From: Vicugna vicugna
Taxonomy: Eukaryota
NCBI GenBank assembly: GCA_013265495.1
Contig: MU058781.1
Coordinates: forward strand, 6,910,522-6,974,521
Reading direction: 5' to 3'
DNA: 64,000 bases
Part shown: positions 26,120 through 39,092 of the stretch, in pieces
Position numbering within the stretch: position 1 is the first letter of the stretch
Layout: every line of letters begins with the position of its first letter
Translations under genes and position numbers: made by a program
The notes under the pieces: generated by a model
The model's database searches: none
Told to the model about the DNA's origin: nothing
What the model saw: the letters and a program-made list of their open reading frames with translations, nothing else

Positions 26120-26310
26120 CAGTAGTTATCAACTGAAGGTGATTCTGCCCCCAGGGGACATTTGGCATGGTAACGTCTAGAAACATTTCTGGTTTTCACA
26201 ACTGGAGGCTGGGGGTGGGGATGTGCTATCAGCATGTAGTGGGCAAATATACTAGAGCACACAAGACAGCCCTCCACACTGAAGAATCAACTGGGCCCAT
26301 AATATCACGC
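26120..26310. mobile_element. MER20-like hAT element
   Basis: gtgattctgcccccaggggacatttggca...acatttctggttttcacaactgg; similar to the copy at 44090. Confidence 0.8.
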
Positions 26311-27111
26311 CACATCGATCAAGTTCCTAAATAAGACAAGGGGGATTACCCAACTTACAGAGCAAGTTCTGACCATTAAAAGGAGCACCAAAACAAAGGT
26401 AAAACAGAGCCACCAAAACACTGTTAACAACAGAAAATCATCTCCTGGTACCCACTCACATGTACTTGACAGAAGATACATACCAAGGAGAGGATGAAGT
26501 TAACCCCTTAAAAGGTTCAGCAGCTCTCCTCTTCCTGAAGTTTTACTCTGGAAACTAAATATTCTCAGCATTTTATCAACACTCCCAAGTGAAAGAAAAT
26601 GGCAGGCATTCCTAAGTGATACAAGATTTGCCCACCAATCAAACTTCAGATGCTGCTATTCTCATTAAATAAACCCTGAGCTAAGAAAAAAATGGTGGTC
26701 CTTAAACCCTTGCTTTTTGCATAAGACAGAATAAAATGGTCCAAGCCAACCATAAAATATTAAATACTATCAAAAAATCTGCTCCTTTGTGTTCCTGTCA
26801 GGATATGCACCCTTTCCCCGCCCATTCCTTTCCATTTACCTACTCTGGTCTTCACGGTCCAGTTCAAATCCAGTCCACACCAACCTCCTTCCCAACTCTT
26901 ACACATTGGCAAGGCAATAAAACCAAAAGCTCCTTGAGGGAAAGAAAGGGTTTATCCTTGAGCATTTCTGAGTCTTTGGAATTAAAATCAGCCAATACGG
27001 TACATACATAGTTCCCTCAATCTATGCTTTCTGGCTATAGCTATTCTAGAGCAGGAGTACTTAACTCTCCCCATGGAAAGTTGTGGGGAAAAAAAAACCC
27101 CAACACTTTAC

Positions 27112-27300
27112 CTCCTCTTCACTTTCTTTATCTTCTTCATCTGAAGACTCTTCCTTGTTTTTCTTTTCGTCTTCTTCACTGCTGGATTCATCTGACAGGA
27201 TTTCAGGACATTTGGTTCGCTTAGCTTTCCTGGCCATTCCAGAACTATTCCGTTCCTTCTTGTTGCCTTTGCTAGAAGTTTTTTTAGATTTTGGCAATGG
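27112..27300 (-). CDS. DEK: DEK exon 7
   Basis: 189 nt PLPKSKKTSSKGNKKERNSSGMARKAKRTKCPEILSDESSSEEDEKKNKEESSDEEDKESEEE; tgcag / gtaaag flanks. Confidence 0.97.
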
Positions 27301-29149
27301 CTGCATAAAATGAAATAAACCAATGAGATATTTTATTTCCAAGTCAATCACCTGTTTTTGATAACTACTTCTCAATTCCTCTTGTTCTTGTCTTGAGAAA
27401 TTTTATTTTCAAGCTTAGCAGCTTTACATAGAATAATTCATCTTGAACTCAATGTGTCAAGTTAATTGTTTTGTCTGCACTACCAATACCCTTTTCATTT
27501 GTTTAGAACTCTAGGTTTTAAACATCTAGGTGAGAGACTCTTCACAAATGTTGAAAGACGTATCCTACATTCTGATATGGGACTAGAAACCTGAGTACAC
27601 ACCGTGTTTAGACAGTTGTTTACACTTCATCAAGACAATATTTTCAGTTAGACTTGTAATTTATTTCACTCCTACAATCTTTAAAACTGTTGCTGCCTTC
27701 TTGCTTTAGGGGACTCTCCAATAAAAGGACTGGGAGGAACCATTCATAAGGGAAATAAAACCTCACTTTACACATTCTGAATTTATGAAGCATATAGTTT
27801 ATATTCATTATTACCTAGGGGCTCTACTTTCAATAATGCCAGGATTATATTCTCACTGACAATTTAAAATATGCAGTTAAGTGTTGAATATGTTAATTAT
27901 GAAAGTAATTAAGAACCACAAAATAAGTATACTGCCATTACTTTGATATTCAATTAAAGCAAGCATATTTAAAAAGCACAGATCACATGAGAAAAATGAC
28001 TTGATTATATTAACCAACAAATTTAATTTTTAAATGCTTTCTTGGGGTGGGTATTTGCTAACTTCTGAAATGGAAAACTGTAAAATAAACTTGCATAAAG
28101 GATCTAAAAAGATACCACTAAGGAATTAAAATTATTACTTCTAAAATTATGGGTATCTTTCGTCTTTATTTTCGCCTGTTATTCTCTGCAATACGCAGAA
28201 ACATTAAGGAAAATTCCGTGATATAATCTTAACAGGCATAATTGTGTAAATGTTATTGGTAACATTAAGCAGTATCTCTCATGAAACTAGCAGAACCACA
28301 GGTCCCTTTCTCTCCTAAGAACTTCCAATCTTAGGGGTCACTATCACCTGCACAAAAACTAAAGGCAGCTGCTGTTTGTGTAGTGCAGTATTTCCAGGCT
28401 ATCTACAGTCCACAGGATAGCCCTAGCTTGCCCAAACAACCTATCCTTCTAAAGGCAGACTGGGAAAGAGCCAATCTAGGTCACTTCAGAAACTTTAAGT
28501 TAGTGGACTAAAGGTATTTCTCAGAGATTCCCCACAAGAAACCTCCCTAAATGTATACAGATAACCTTGTTAAGTGAATTATTGCCATTACCAACTATAC
28601 CAGGAACCAAATCCATTTGGATGAATTCTTTGATATGCTTGTTTGGAGGAAAAAAACTGACTCTCACCACTCACTAAATGAAATCCAAGATACAAATATA
28701 TTTAAACAATGTGGTTTCCCTCCCTATGTCAGCTCAGGAACTAAATACAGGTAATAAGAATATAATCTGTATACGAAATTAGTAATATAAGGATAGGAAT
28801 GAGTGCTAGGTATAGGAAAATGAAAGTCTGTTAAATTATTCAAGAAAAAAAAATCAAGAAAATACAACTTCCAAAAATAAATGAAGAGCTTTTAATTTTT
28901 AAAAAGTAGTAATATATAAATGCTACAGAATTAAAATATTAGAAATTAGAATTAGATAATTAGACTTTTCCTATACTTGTCCTAAAAACAGTTGAAACTA
29001 TTACTCAGAATCCAGTGTCAACAGCATTATCCCATTTTGGAAACAAAATCTGATTAACAATCAAGGTAGAAATACAAAAGGTTAGTAAACAATGTTAGTA
29101 TAACAATTTTAAGATCACTTTGTAGTCATTATATTCCTCACAACCACAC

Positions 29150-30190
29150 ATCAGCAGGGTATTTCACTTAAGAATGTCCTTGATGCAACAGTAAATACTA
29201 ACTGTATTAATGCTCAACCTTTGAGTAAGTCTTTAAAGCATTTGTGTAACAAAATGGGAAGTATATAGAGTACTTTGGCTATATATGGAAGCTCACTGAT
29301 TTTCTCAAGGAAAAGCATTTGCACAACTGAGCAGTAAGCTAGTTAGCCACTTTTTTTCATGGTACATCATTTTTTAAAAGAGTAATTAAAAATCCATGCC
29401 TATTCAGACTTAGGTTTATTTCATTGACATGTTCTCAAAAATGAATGTGAGCCTATCATCTCAAGGAAAACAACTGACAGTATTTGTTGCCAGTAGATTT
29501 CAAATTTTCAAGTGAAAATGAGAATTTGGAAAAATTCATACCCACTACCACTGACGTGACAGCATCCCAGTACCTAAAGATTTTTCCTGATATGATGATG
29601 GTTATATTAAGGAATGTGATTGACAGTGTTCAGTGAAATGTGCCAACATGTGGAACATATGCGTAATTCAGGGAACTGGTATTTTCCAAATGGAGAGTGC
29701 ATATTAAAAAACCAAGCATAGGTAAAAGGTCCAAGTTCATTAACACGGTTTCAAACATATTACAACTAACCTTTAAGAATCCACCACTGCAGAGTTTTGA
29801 TATTGTATCAAAGGAGACTATCCACAATTATCAGGAAAGGTTTTAAAAATATTCCTCCTTTTTCTAACTACATAGCTGTGTGAGGCTGGATTTTCTTCAT
29901 ATACTTCAAGCAAAACAATACATTGCAACAGATGGAAATGCAGAAGCAAATGAGAATAGAGTTGTCTTCTCTTAAGCCTGACATAAGCAAATTTGCAAAA
30001 ACAATGCCATTCTCATTAAAATTTTGGAAAGTAATTACCTTTCATACAAAATATAATTTTTAGGATTTTTCAGTTTTAATTTAGAACACAGTAAATATCA
30101 AAATAACCCACATAAACAGAAGCTCTAGGGGTCCTCATTAATTTTAAGAGGGTAACGGGGTCCTGAAAAGAACACATTTGAAAATCTCTG
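29150..30190 (+). mobile_element. Charlie1-like hAT DNA transposon remnant
   Basis: tattcagacttagg...caaggaaaacaactgacagtatttgttgcca...gtgtgaggctggattttcttcatatacttcaa...aagctctaggggtcctc; no intact ORF. Confidence 0.75.
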
Positions 30191-30219
30191 AGGAAAAGTT
30201 GAATATAAACATATCCCTC

Positions 30220-30337
30220 GTGGGGGGAGGGTACAGTTCAGTGGTAGAGTGTGTGTTCAGCACACACAAGGTCCTGAGTTCAATCCTCAGTATCTCCATT
30301 AAAAATAAATAAACCTAATTATCACCCCCCTGCCAAC
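30220..30337 (+). mobile_element. tRNA-Ala-derived SINE (camelid Vic-1-like)
   Basis: A/B-box head, aataaataaacctaatt tail; TSD catatccctc at 30210-30219 and 30338-30347. Confidence 0.88.
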
Positions 30338-31412
30338 CATATCCCTCAACTTAGGCAACTTAGTAATTGCTTCTGGGGAAACTGTTCAAATCTGTCCCCT
30401 GAAATCCCAAGGTATAGGTATAGCCATATTGTAAGTTTAGAGAAACAGAAATATAATCTCATCTTTTAAATAACCAATTCAAAACACCACCTCCAGCTCC
30501 CCAAAAATCTCCATACCCCTTTGGTGTACAGCTGCATGACAAAACTATCTGTAAGTTTCACTGTCCTGCTAATGGTAAACAGGACCAAGAGAAGGCAAAA
30601 ACAGCCCCAGAGCTATTTTCTGGTTTCTACTCTTTACGTCTTTCTCCCCTCACTGATAGTGTTCCCCTGAACTCCTAGGCCCTCCAGATCTCTTCACAAT
30701 TTCTTTCCTATCAAAATGTGAAAAAATATGAAAATGTTTGTTGAAAGATTTAAACTGAAAATGCAACGTCATATAACTAACATTTCAACTGACATTTTAA
30801 GGTAGTAATGTCCTTTGTTACTGTTAAAGAATTAGGGAAAACCTAATCCAGATGTTAGGAAGTGTGGGGGAAACCATAAGACCATTTTACTTCCCTGTCC
30901 ATCTCCTGGGCTCTACTAAGGATTCTGGAAACCCAATCCAAGAAACTTGAAAGAGGCAACTTTTTTCTGTCACTTTCTCATTTACTCCAGTATCTAGAAA
31001 ATATCCAGTTCTAATACATCATTGTGTCTTTCCTGATCTGATTACAGGTTGCACACCCTCCTCCACCAGCCTCCTCATCCTCAACTCGACCTATTTCTGT
31101 TCTTCAAGTGTCTTCTAGACATGTAACTCTGGATACTTACTTTGTATTTCTGGCCCACTTAACATTTAGTTAACAATTACTTTTCTTAATCTTATATTCT
31201 TTATCCCTGATAAGGGAGAATATATCCATATGCCTTCTATGTTATCTCTATCATGAAACTGTTGCAGATATGCCAGTATCTTTGAATGTAGAAGATACTA
31301 CTAAAATGTTGACAGCAATGCTAACTAATTAAATTGTTCCTTATTAAAAAAAAAAAAGGGAGAGACTACAAATAATTGATTTGTTTCTGAAATAGTAAAA
31401 AGTGGTCCTCAC

Positions 31413-31533
31413 TTTGCCAGAAGGCTTTGGATGCATTAAGAAATTCAAGATCCTTTTCACCAGTTCACTATTTACACCTGATCTCTCCAAATCAAGAACC
31501 TCGCAGATGCTCTTTAACATGGCATTTCTGAAT
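31413..31533 (-). CDS. DEK: DEK exon 6 (SAP domain)
   Basis: 121 nt FRNAMLKSICEVLDLERSGVNSELVKRILNFL MHPKPSGK; tttcag / gtgagg flanks. Confidence 0.97.
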
Positions 31534-32346
31534 CTGAAACAGAAAATGGAAGAAACCAACTGTGATTATGAAGGAAAGTTTATAAACATCCTCTACAATA
31601 TACAGGTAATAGCTAACCAAACTGGTTCAGCCAAAGACATTAAGAAAGCAGCCAATGTTTCTCTGAATTTTATAAGTACTCCTGATAATCTTGACTAGTG
31701 CACAAAATAAAAAGATATAATTATTAATAAATTCACTTAGCTCACTAGAAAATAATGTAAAAAGCTTTTTGATACTATGAAACTCACAAATTTGTTAATT
31801 CTTCTGGGTAGTGATTAAATAATACATTTCTCCCTCAGCATTCCTACTGAATGTCTCAATGAAGGAATAGGTAATTATTAAAGTTCTCAAACTACATAAT
31901 AAATACATAACAATAAACAAAAGCTCTAAGAACTTATCTCAAAAATTTTAAAAATATATATCAACTTGCTTGCATTATGATTTCTATCAAATTGATTATT
32001 TTTAAAGTAGTTTAAACCGTACCTGTAGAGTGGGGGAACTGAGTGGCTGACAGGAACAGGAGTGGAATAGTTTCCACTACATTCCCTTAAGACTCTACAT
32101 TTTTAGATTGTGAATAATTTATCTATGTGTATCATTCTTCTAAGAAACAGAAATGTCTTTGAGTTTTCAATAACCTTGATATCCAATATTTACTGGAATC
32201 TAATAGTTAATAGTTTATGATGACATTGTCTTGGAACTTAAAGCAAAGAATCAGCAGTCTACTTAAAATATAACGGTGGTTATATTTAAACGTTTAAAAA
32301 TACATTGGAAGCATATTAATCAACATATGATATAAAAATAACTTAC

Positions 32347-32441
32347 TTTTTCAACATTTCTTCCTTCTTTTTATATTGGGTACTTCCTTTTTCAAATGGA
32401 AAGCCACTGAACTGACCCACATTCTTCTTTAATGAGGACAC
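32347..32441 (-). CDS. DEK: DEK exon 5
   Basis: 95 nt VSSLKKNVGQFSGFPFEKGSTQYKKKEEMLK; ttttcag / gtaagt flanks. Confidence 0.97.
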
Positions 32442-33523
32442 CTGAAAATGTTTCCATTATTAATGCTTATTACCCAGTAACATACACAAGAGAAAATTTA
32501 AAGTCAACATCTTTATTTTCACAACTGTCTCCATGTTACAGTATTGATTTACTCAACATTTTTATTCACAATCGAAAACTGTATTTATTACTAAAATATT
32601 AACATTATAAAGTGTTTACAAACTTAATTCTTTGAAAATAACAGTTTGAATTTGGATGAATTTCATCTGGGAATTTTTACTGTAATTATAAACCCCCAAC
32701 TAAATGTTTTCTGATAGCACCAAGGGATATGGAAAGTTACTACTAAAAAAGACATTCTTTCCTCAAGTAATACAAGTTACTAGCAGTAATTCTTATTTTC
32801 CAAATCAGAAAGTCAGGGATTCAGTCTTTAAAAAGTAAAGAACAGAGCACCTTCAAAAGTTAATACCATTTAGCAGTAATGAGACTTGTGTAAATTAGAC
32901 TGTTGTGAGGGTTGAATAAGGTAACACATGAAAATAAATTTTACCATGCTTCAGACAGTCTAACAATATCAAGCTTTACTTTGCCTGTGTACAGCCCAAA
33001 GCAAAATCTCCTCACTTATATGCAATACCAAAGCTGTGTGTACAGTGTAATAATTCAGTAAATGAAACGCTGATTTATTCTAACAAATACATTGCCAAAG
33101 AATTACCACCTAATTTATTAGTTATTTGCTCAAACAAGATACAATACGTATCATTTGTTCTGAATGCTTAAAAACATCCAAAGTATAAATTTCTCCTAAT
33201 ACAGTTAAAGATCACTAATATCATCATAATTTGGATTTCACAATTTGAAATATGAGATTGGCCTAAAAACAACTACAGTATACAGGACCCTGGATATTGC
33301 CACACTAATGGTTGACATCCAGCTGCTACATGTCCTATCTGTGTAAGTCAGTCAAAACCTGAGGCACACTTGTCTCAGGTTTTGTCTCAGCTGGCTCACT
33401 TGTAAAGTAGGAAATTGATCCAGTTGATCACTTAAGTCCTTTCCAGGACGAAAATTAGGCTTCTATTGTGAAGTATTTTATCACATAAATATGTGACTTG
33501 GTTAAAGGTATAAAAAGTCTTAC

Positions 33524-33633
33524 TGTGCCTGGTCTGTTGTAAAGCAGTTTATGTAGATTTCTAAGTTCATCTGTTTTCTTCTTACTCAGAAAAAAATGTA
33601 TCCTTTCAATTTCACAAAGTTTCTGCCCCTTTC
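33524..33633 (-). CDS. DEK: DEK exon 4 (pseudo-SAP region)
   Basis: 110 nt GKGQKLCEIERIHFFLSKKKTDELRNLHKLLYNRPGT; ttctag / gtaaga flanks. Confidence 0.97.
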
Positions 33634-33862
33634 CTAGAAAAAAATACCATATTAAATATTCATTATGTGTTAGCACATTTAATTTAATGAGAACTATTTT
33701 TACAACATAATTTACATGTAACTTCTGCTCTAATTAGGAAAAATTTTAAAAATTACACCAATAATATACTACTATTTAGTAAACACTAAAAATGAAGCAC
33801 TGCTAACCATCGTTTTGTATATTAGGCATTTTCACTATAAAATGAAATAAACATAAACTTAC

Positions 33863-33964
33863 CTTGTGCAATTGTAAATGGCTCTCTTTGTAAGGAAGAG
33901 ACTTGCATTGTCAACCTCTCTACTTTTTTCTTCTCCCTCTTGCCTTCCACGATGAGACTCTTTT
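33863..33964 (-). CDS. DEK: DEK exon 3
   Basis: 102 nt EKSLIVEGKREKKKVERLTMQVSSLQREPFTIAQ; ttctag / gtaagt flanks. Confidence 0.97.
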
Positions 33965-36953
33965 CTAGAAGTTAATTTAATACTTTTTAAATAACTAAAA
34001 GCTTAAAGACTGTATTAACTTTATTGGATAAACATGTAGAAAAAAATAGCAGACACCTAATACCTTAGTCTTCTGAGCATGATTTTGAGAAACAAATGAC
34101 ATAACAGATAAAAATATTTCATAAGTTAATAGCATCACTGAAGTTTTTTAACAGTAACATTTCACTTACCTGCCAACACCACAGGGGATCCAGTCAAAAA
34201 AAATAAAATCAAATCAGAATGCAAACAAACTTTTTATCCAACTATAAATACTGCTGTAGAAATCCAGTCACTTTATTTGTGAAAAATCAACAACACCCTA
34301 AGTCTACTCTGACTAGACATAATTCCATTTATTGGGATTCACAGTGCACTTTACAGAAGAAAACAGCAAGTTTAGATTGAGATTTTAAGAACTTCAAAAG
34401 ATATACACAGGGGAAAGCAATAATTTGGTAAGCTGACAAAACAAAGACAAGAACCATAAGGCAGAGCAGCACAGAGTTACTATGGCTAGGGTAAAATTCT
34501 GCAAGTGTACATTTAAGACAACTGGGAGGGGCACTTCAAGAGATTATGTTCATAATGATCACAAATCACTGTAAAAAGGTTTTGAAGTGTTCAGCCCAGC
34601 CTGCTTTAAAAAAAAAGCTAGGAAATACATTATATTTTAAAGCTTAAAACATTAAGCTTGATATTCTAAAGCCATTTACTTACTGAGATAAAGTCAGATA
34701 AAAGGACCCTATATACTGCTGGAAATTCCTGCATTCACTCAACTGAATGCCTGTTTTGTGCAAAGCTGCACTAGATACTAAGGGAGGATCAACAGATGAT
34801 TAAGAAATTGAGTATTTCTTAAAAGAGATCATGTCTACCGGGGTTGATGAGACACAAATACTATACTCCAAAGTAGAGGATGATAAAACACTTCCAAAAA
34901 GATACAAATAAAAGTTGTGAATTGAGAAAAGAGTAATTCTTTGGGGATTAGGGAAAAAGGATCAAGGCACTGGAGCTGGCTTTGAAGGATGGGTAAAATT
35001 TGGAGATGTAAATAAAGATCTGCACAGAAAGAATTAGTAAAAAGAAAGGGATCCCAGCAGGTATTTCCTGGCGATGGTGTGGAGAATGCAGAGAAGCAAC
35101 CCTGGTTATCACTCCACCTCCTTTCCCTGAGTGGCTTAAGCCATTTGCTTGCTGTTGATTACCAGCTAAGGACTTTTCTGGTCTACCTCCAGTACAGTGC
35201 TTTCTCCTGAGCTTTAGATCAAACAACGGGGCTGCCAACTGGACAGCTCCATTTCATGTCCTACCGGCTCCAAAACTCAATGCATCCAAAACAGAAGTCA
35301 TAATCATCTCCAGGCTGGCTCATCTTCATGAATTCTATTTTTCAGAAGATGGTAATATTAGCCACCCAGCTGCCAAAGACAAAAACCTAGGAGTCACCTT
35401 CGACTAGGCATCTCCTGCCTCCCTTCTCCTCACCCCACAAACCACTGCCAAGTTAAGTCAACTCCACCTCATGTTTGGCACAAATTTCACTGTCTCGTGT
35501 CTATGACACCTGAGTAGTAGAGTTAAATTTTCAGGGCTAAGTAGGATAAAAACATTCGTAATTTTAATTGTTCCACAAACACTTCAAATGAGGAAAACAG
35601 AACAATAATAAATTAGGACAACTATAGAACTGCTTGGAAATAATTTTTTAAAAATTTCATGCTAAAAATAAAATCGCAATTTGAAATACCATCAGTCCCC
35701 CCAGTCATTACTGTTGGTCATTTATAGTATTTTTACATGGCTTCTATAATTTTTTCTTGACATGAAGAAATTCACCATCTCTATGGTATCCAAAACGAAA
35801 AATTGGAGGAAAAAGTGCTGACAAAGTCTTGGACTAGTAGTGATATACTTCAGCCAATCTTCAGTTATATAATGAATAATTTAAAGATAATTTGTATCTT
35901 TTCCTAAGCATTTCTGTGATTAAACTCGGACATGCTTCCCTATTTGAGCACCTACCACTTTAGACAAACAAAAGGCACACCGTGTAATCTCAACCCAGAT
36001 TGTACTTAAAAAATGCTGACCAAGCACTGGTTTAGGTTTTTTTTTTTTAATTGAAAAGTTAAGCCTGGGTTTCAATCGAAAATCTCAAACCTCTTCCAAG
36101 TTTGGATGAGCTGTATTCATATATTAAATAAATCCAGGCTGAGCTAGTATCATCCAAGAACGGTAAGATCCGTGATTTAATTTTTAAGTGGTTGCAAACA
36201 CTTTAGGAAGCTGGCGTACCTCAGAGGCACTTGCCCCATGCATCTCGGATGAACTGATGCGAGTACTACTCCTCAATTCTGCAAGGTTCTTGTTTCATGC
36301 CTCCAACCAGCAGTTATTACTGCCCTCCTTCAAAACCAAAACTGAGACAGCTCTGAGCTCATATTTAACTTTCTTTCATAGTTCACTGCTTTCGGACTTA
36401 ACTTTCTCAAGTAACAACAGCTTTCACCGGTGTTTCCCCACGAAAGTAACTCCCCCTAAGCCTCTGAAAACAACGTCTGCTGAAGTTCAGAAAGCATACT
36501 AAAACTATTAAAATACTTCCAGGACCAATATGAATAACTTCTTCAAGTCTCAACGTGTGATTTCATTAAAGATCTTACAATATCTTCAAAATGCAAAGGA
36601 TGAGTACTCAAGCTAGCAAAAATAAAACATTATCTTAGTAACCTCAAAGGCTAGCAGTTTTTAAAAGAGATCTGAAACTTACATACTTCCTGTCAAATGA
36701 TAAAATGTTATGAACCGGTATTGCTGGCGAGAAGGCGACTGCACTCCAGAGTATGTAATAACAAAGGAACAAGTATTTTTCAAAAACCGAAATTCACAAA
36801 GTTATTTGCTACCGCTCAACACACAAAAAAAGCAGACAATTCTGCAAACAATTCTTGCTGAAAACCACTCCGATTTAGCGTCTCTAAGCGCAAAAAGAGC
36901 CAGAAAACTGTGTTCGGTAAAATCCATCGCGAGGAACAAGACTCCTTCCCCAC

Positions 36954-37104
36954 CTTTCTCTTCCTCCTCTTCTTCCTCCTCCTCCTCGTCCTCCTCGTCC
37001 TCCTCTTCACTTTCCTCTCTAGGGCCGGGCATTTCGGGTTCTTTCTCGGACGCAGGCTGGGCGGGGGTTCCCTCTCCCTCCGCAGCAGGGCCCGAGGAGG
37101 ACAT
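36954..37104 (-). CDS. DEK: DEK exon 2 coding part (start codon, acidic tract)
   Basis: cccgcag|gtccacagtATG (exon starts 37113); MSSSGPAAEGEGTPAQPASEKEPEMPGPREESEEEDEEDEEEEEEEEEEK, donor aag|gtgggg. Ten exons sum to 1134 nt = 377 aa + stop. Confidence 0.97.
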
Positions 37105-37478
37105 ACTGTGGACCTGCGGGCGGGGACGGAAGCCAGACGTCTCGGTCCCCTCGCCCCTGGCGGCGGGAAGGACGCGCGGCCCGCGGTGGACCGACCCAGC
37201 ACCGCCCGAGGGGGCCGCGGGCAACCCGACCTCAAAGTTGCCTCCCAGCGTAGCCGGGACGGCGGCGCTCACTCCCTGGGGGCGGCTTCCCGCCCGCCCC
37301 GCGGGCCGTCCCGAGGCGGGAAAGCGCGGGCGCCGAGCCGCCCCTCCCCCCGCCCGGCCCGCGCCGCCGGCCGCCCCGCGTCCCCTCCCCCGCCCCAGGC
37401 CGCCGTCCAAATGGCCGCGGCGGTGCAGGCGGGCCCAGCGGCGCCCTCTCGGCCTCCCCTCTCCGACGCGGCCCTCAC

Positions 37479-37650
37479 CGCGGGTCCGGCCGCCGCAGGC
37501 CTGGCGCGCGAGGGCACGAAGAGGCTCCGAGAGGCGGCGGCGGGCGCCGAGGAGGAAGCGCGCGGGCCGCTCGCTGGCGTGACGCTCGCGCCGCACTCTC
37601 CGCTGCCCAGAATCAACAAGATTTTCAAAATGGCGGTTCGGGAAGGAAAG
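37479..37650 (-). other. DEK: DEK non-coding exon 1 (TSS approximate)
   Basis: Donor gcg|gtgagg at 37478; lies just downstream of the CCAAT/E2F cluster. Confidence 0.75.
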
Positions 37651-37700
37651 CGGGAATGCGGCGGCCAATCAGGGGCACGGGCTGGGAGTTGGCGCGCGCG
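37624..37700. promoter_or_regulatory. DEK core promoter motifs: YY1, CCAAT (NF-Y), E2F-like, CHR-like
   Basis: AAAATGGCGG 37627-37636; CCAAT 37665-37669; TTGGCGCG 37689-37696; minus-strand TTTGAA 37624-37629. Fits the known NF-Y/YY1/E2F control of DEK. Confidence 0.75.
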
Positions 37701-38854
37701 GGGTGGGGGAGGCGGGGCGGGCCGGCGCCTACGGGGGGGGGGCGCCCCGGCTCGGGCGGAGGGAGGGGCCGTGCGCTCCGGGGCCGCACGGGCGGCGTCC
37801 GGCGTCGCGTCCGGGCTCCTCTGGGAAAGCGGACAGCCGTGCGTCCCGGGCGGAGGGCGGCAAGCGAGAGCGGGCCCAGGGCCGGCGGGGCGGCGCCGAA
37901 CGGAAGAACGCTAGGGGGCCTGCATGTGTATTGTCTCCGAGGCTCGTTCCCGGAAAAGAGGAGGAGCGGCCGCGGGGCCGGGAGGGGACGGGAGTCGGGG
38001 AGGGGGCGGTGGTGAAGAAGTTTACGTCCCGCGAAGTGGCTGCTGCAGTATTTCCCAGAGGTTGAGGGGAATTAGTAAGTGAGCGACCTCATTTAGGTCC
38101 CAGAGATCACGCTCAGGAAGACTCCCAAATCTGCTGTATTCGGAGGGCCTCATCGCTTATAAGGAAGCGACCCGTAAGGAAAACGACGCTACCACGTTGA
38201 AAGTTCATGTCACCGGAGACAAAAGGGTTTCCGGACTTGTAAGTGTAGGGGGAAATCGTGTGTGTTGGTTATAATAGAGGAAATACGGTACTGCCCAGTC
38301 CAGACTCTTATCCCAGTTCCAGGCCAGCTCCGCAGATACCTTAAAAACCCAACACTGAAAAAACTGAACACAGTGCTTTCCCCCCTCAAATGCCCCGTAT
38401 TTATACGTGATTCCCTTTCATTTCCGTCCCTAACACCTCAATCACTAGCTTCCCAAAGGATCCTTTTACTGGGTGAACTTAATGGAACTATGATGAGTTA
38501 AATTTGCCTGAATGGATTCGGTTTATAAGGAAAAATTAGACATTTTTTTGAGTCTTCTCCTTTCCTTTTATGCCTCTACTGAAAACATAAAAAAATCCTG
38601 CCATTTCTACCCTTAAATTTTAAACCATTTCCCACTCTACTGATGTCACTCAAACCCTGTCCACTCTCTTTCGCTTGGATTTTGACATAGTGTCTCATTG
38701 GTTAGGCTACTTCCACATTGCTACCCCCACCTCCTACCAGTCACTTAGAAGCCAAGTGGAGTTTGTTTTAATTATCAGATTGGATATTCTCTTGCTCAAA
38801 CACTCTGTAGTAGCTTCCCATCATACTTGGAATACAATTCAAAATACTTAGGGT

Positions 38855-39054
38855 TGTCAACTGAAGAAAAACGCACAATCTAAACGTTTCGAGTTTTACT
38901 TGGGTAACTTACTGAGAACTATAGCGTGGGAGACAGCTCACATACCTCTGAGGAACTGCTCTGAAGAGGTAAGGGAAGAGCTGGGATATATAGGAGTTTT
39001 TGCTGGGAAGAGGAAAAAAAAGCATGTTGTCAAACATCAAAAGATTACTGCTAA

Positions 39055-39092
<38 letters not shown>

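Larger units (their letters stand above)
36900..38230. promoter_or_regulatory. DEK: CpG island, DEK promoter
   Basis: Very GC- and CpG-dense block covering exons 1-2 and upstream sequence, against an AT-rich background. Confidence 0.93.

Noticed and set aside
36710..38065. Long ORFs (up to 334 aa) on both strands over the DEK CpG island, including 36802-37668 in frame with DEK exon 2
   Set aside because: They are low-complexity G/R/P/A products expected from stop-poor GC-rich DNA. The in-frame one starts at TTG and needs retention of the 365-nt intron 1; only 36954-37104 is supported as coding.
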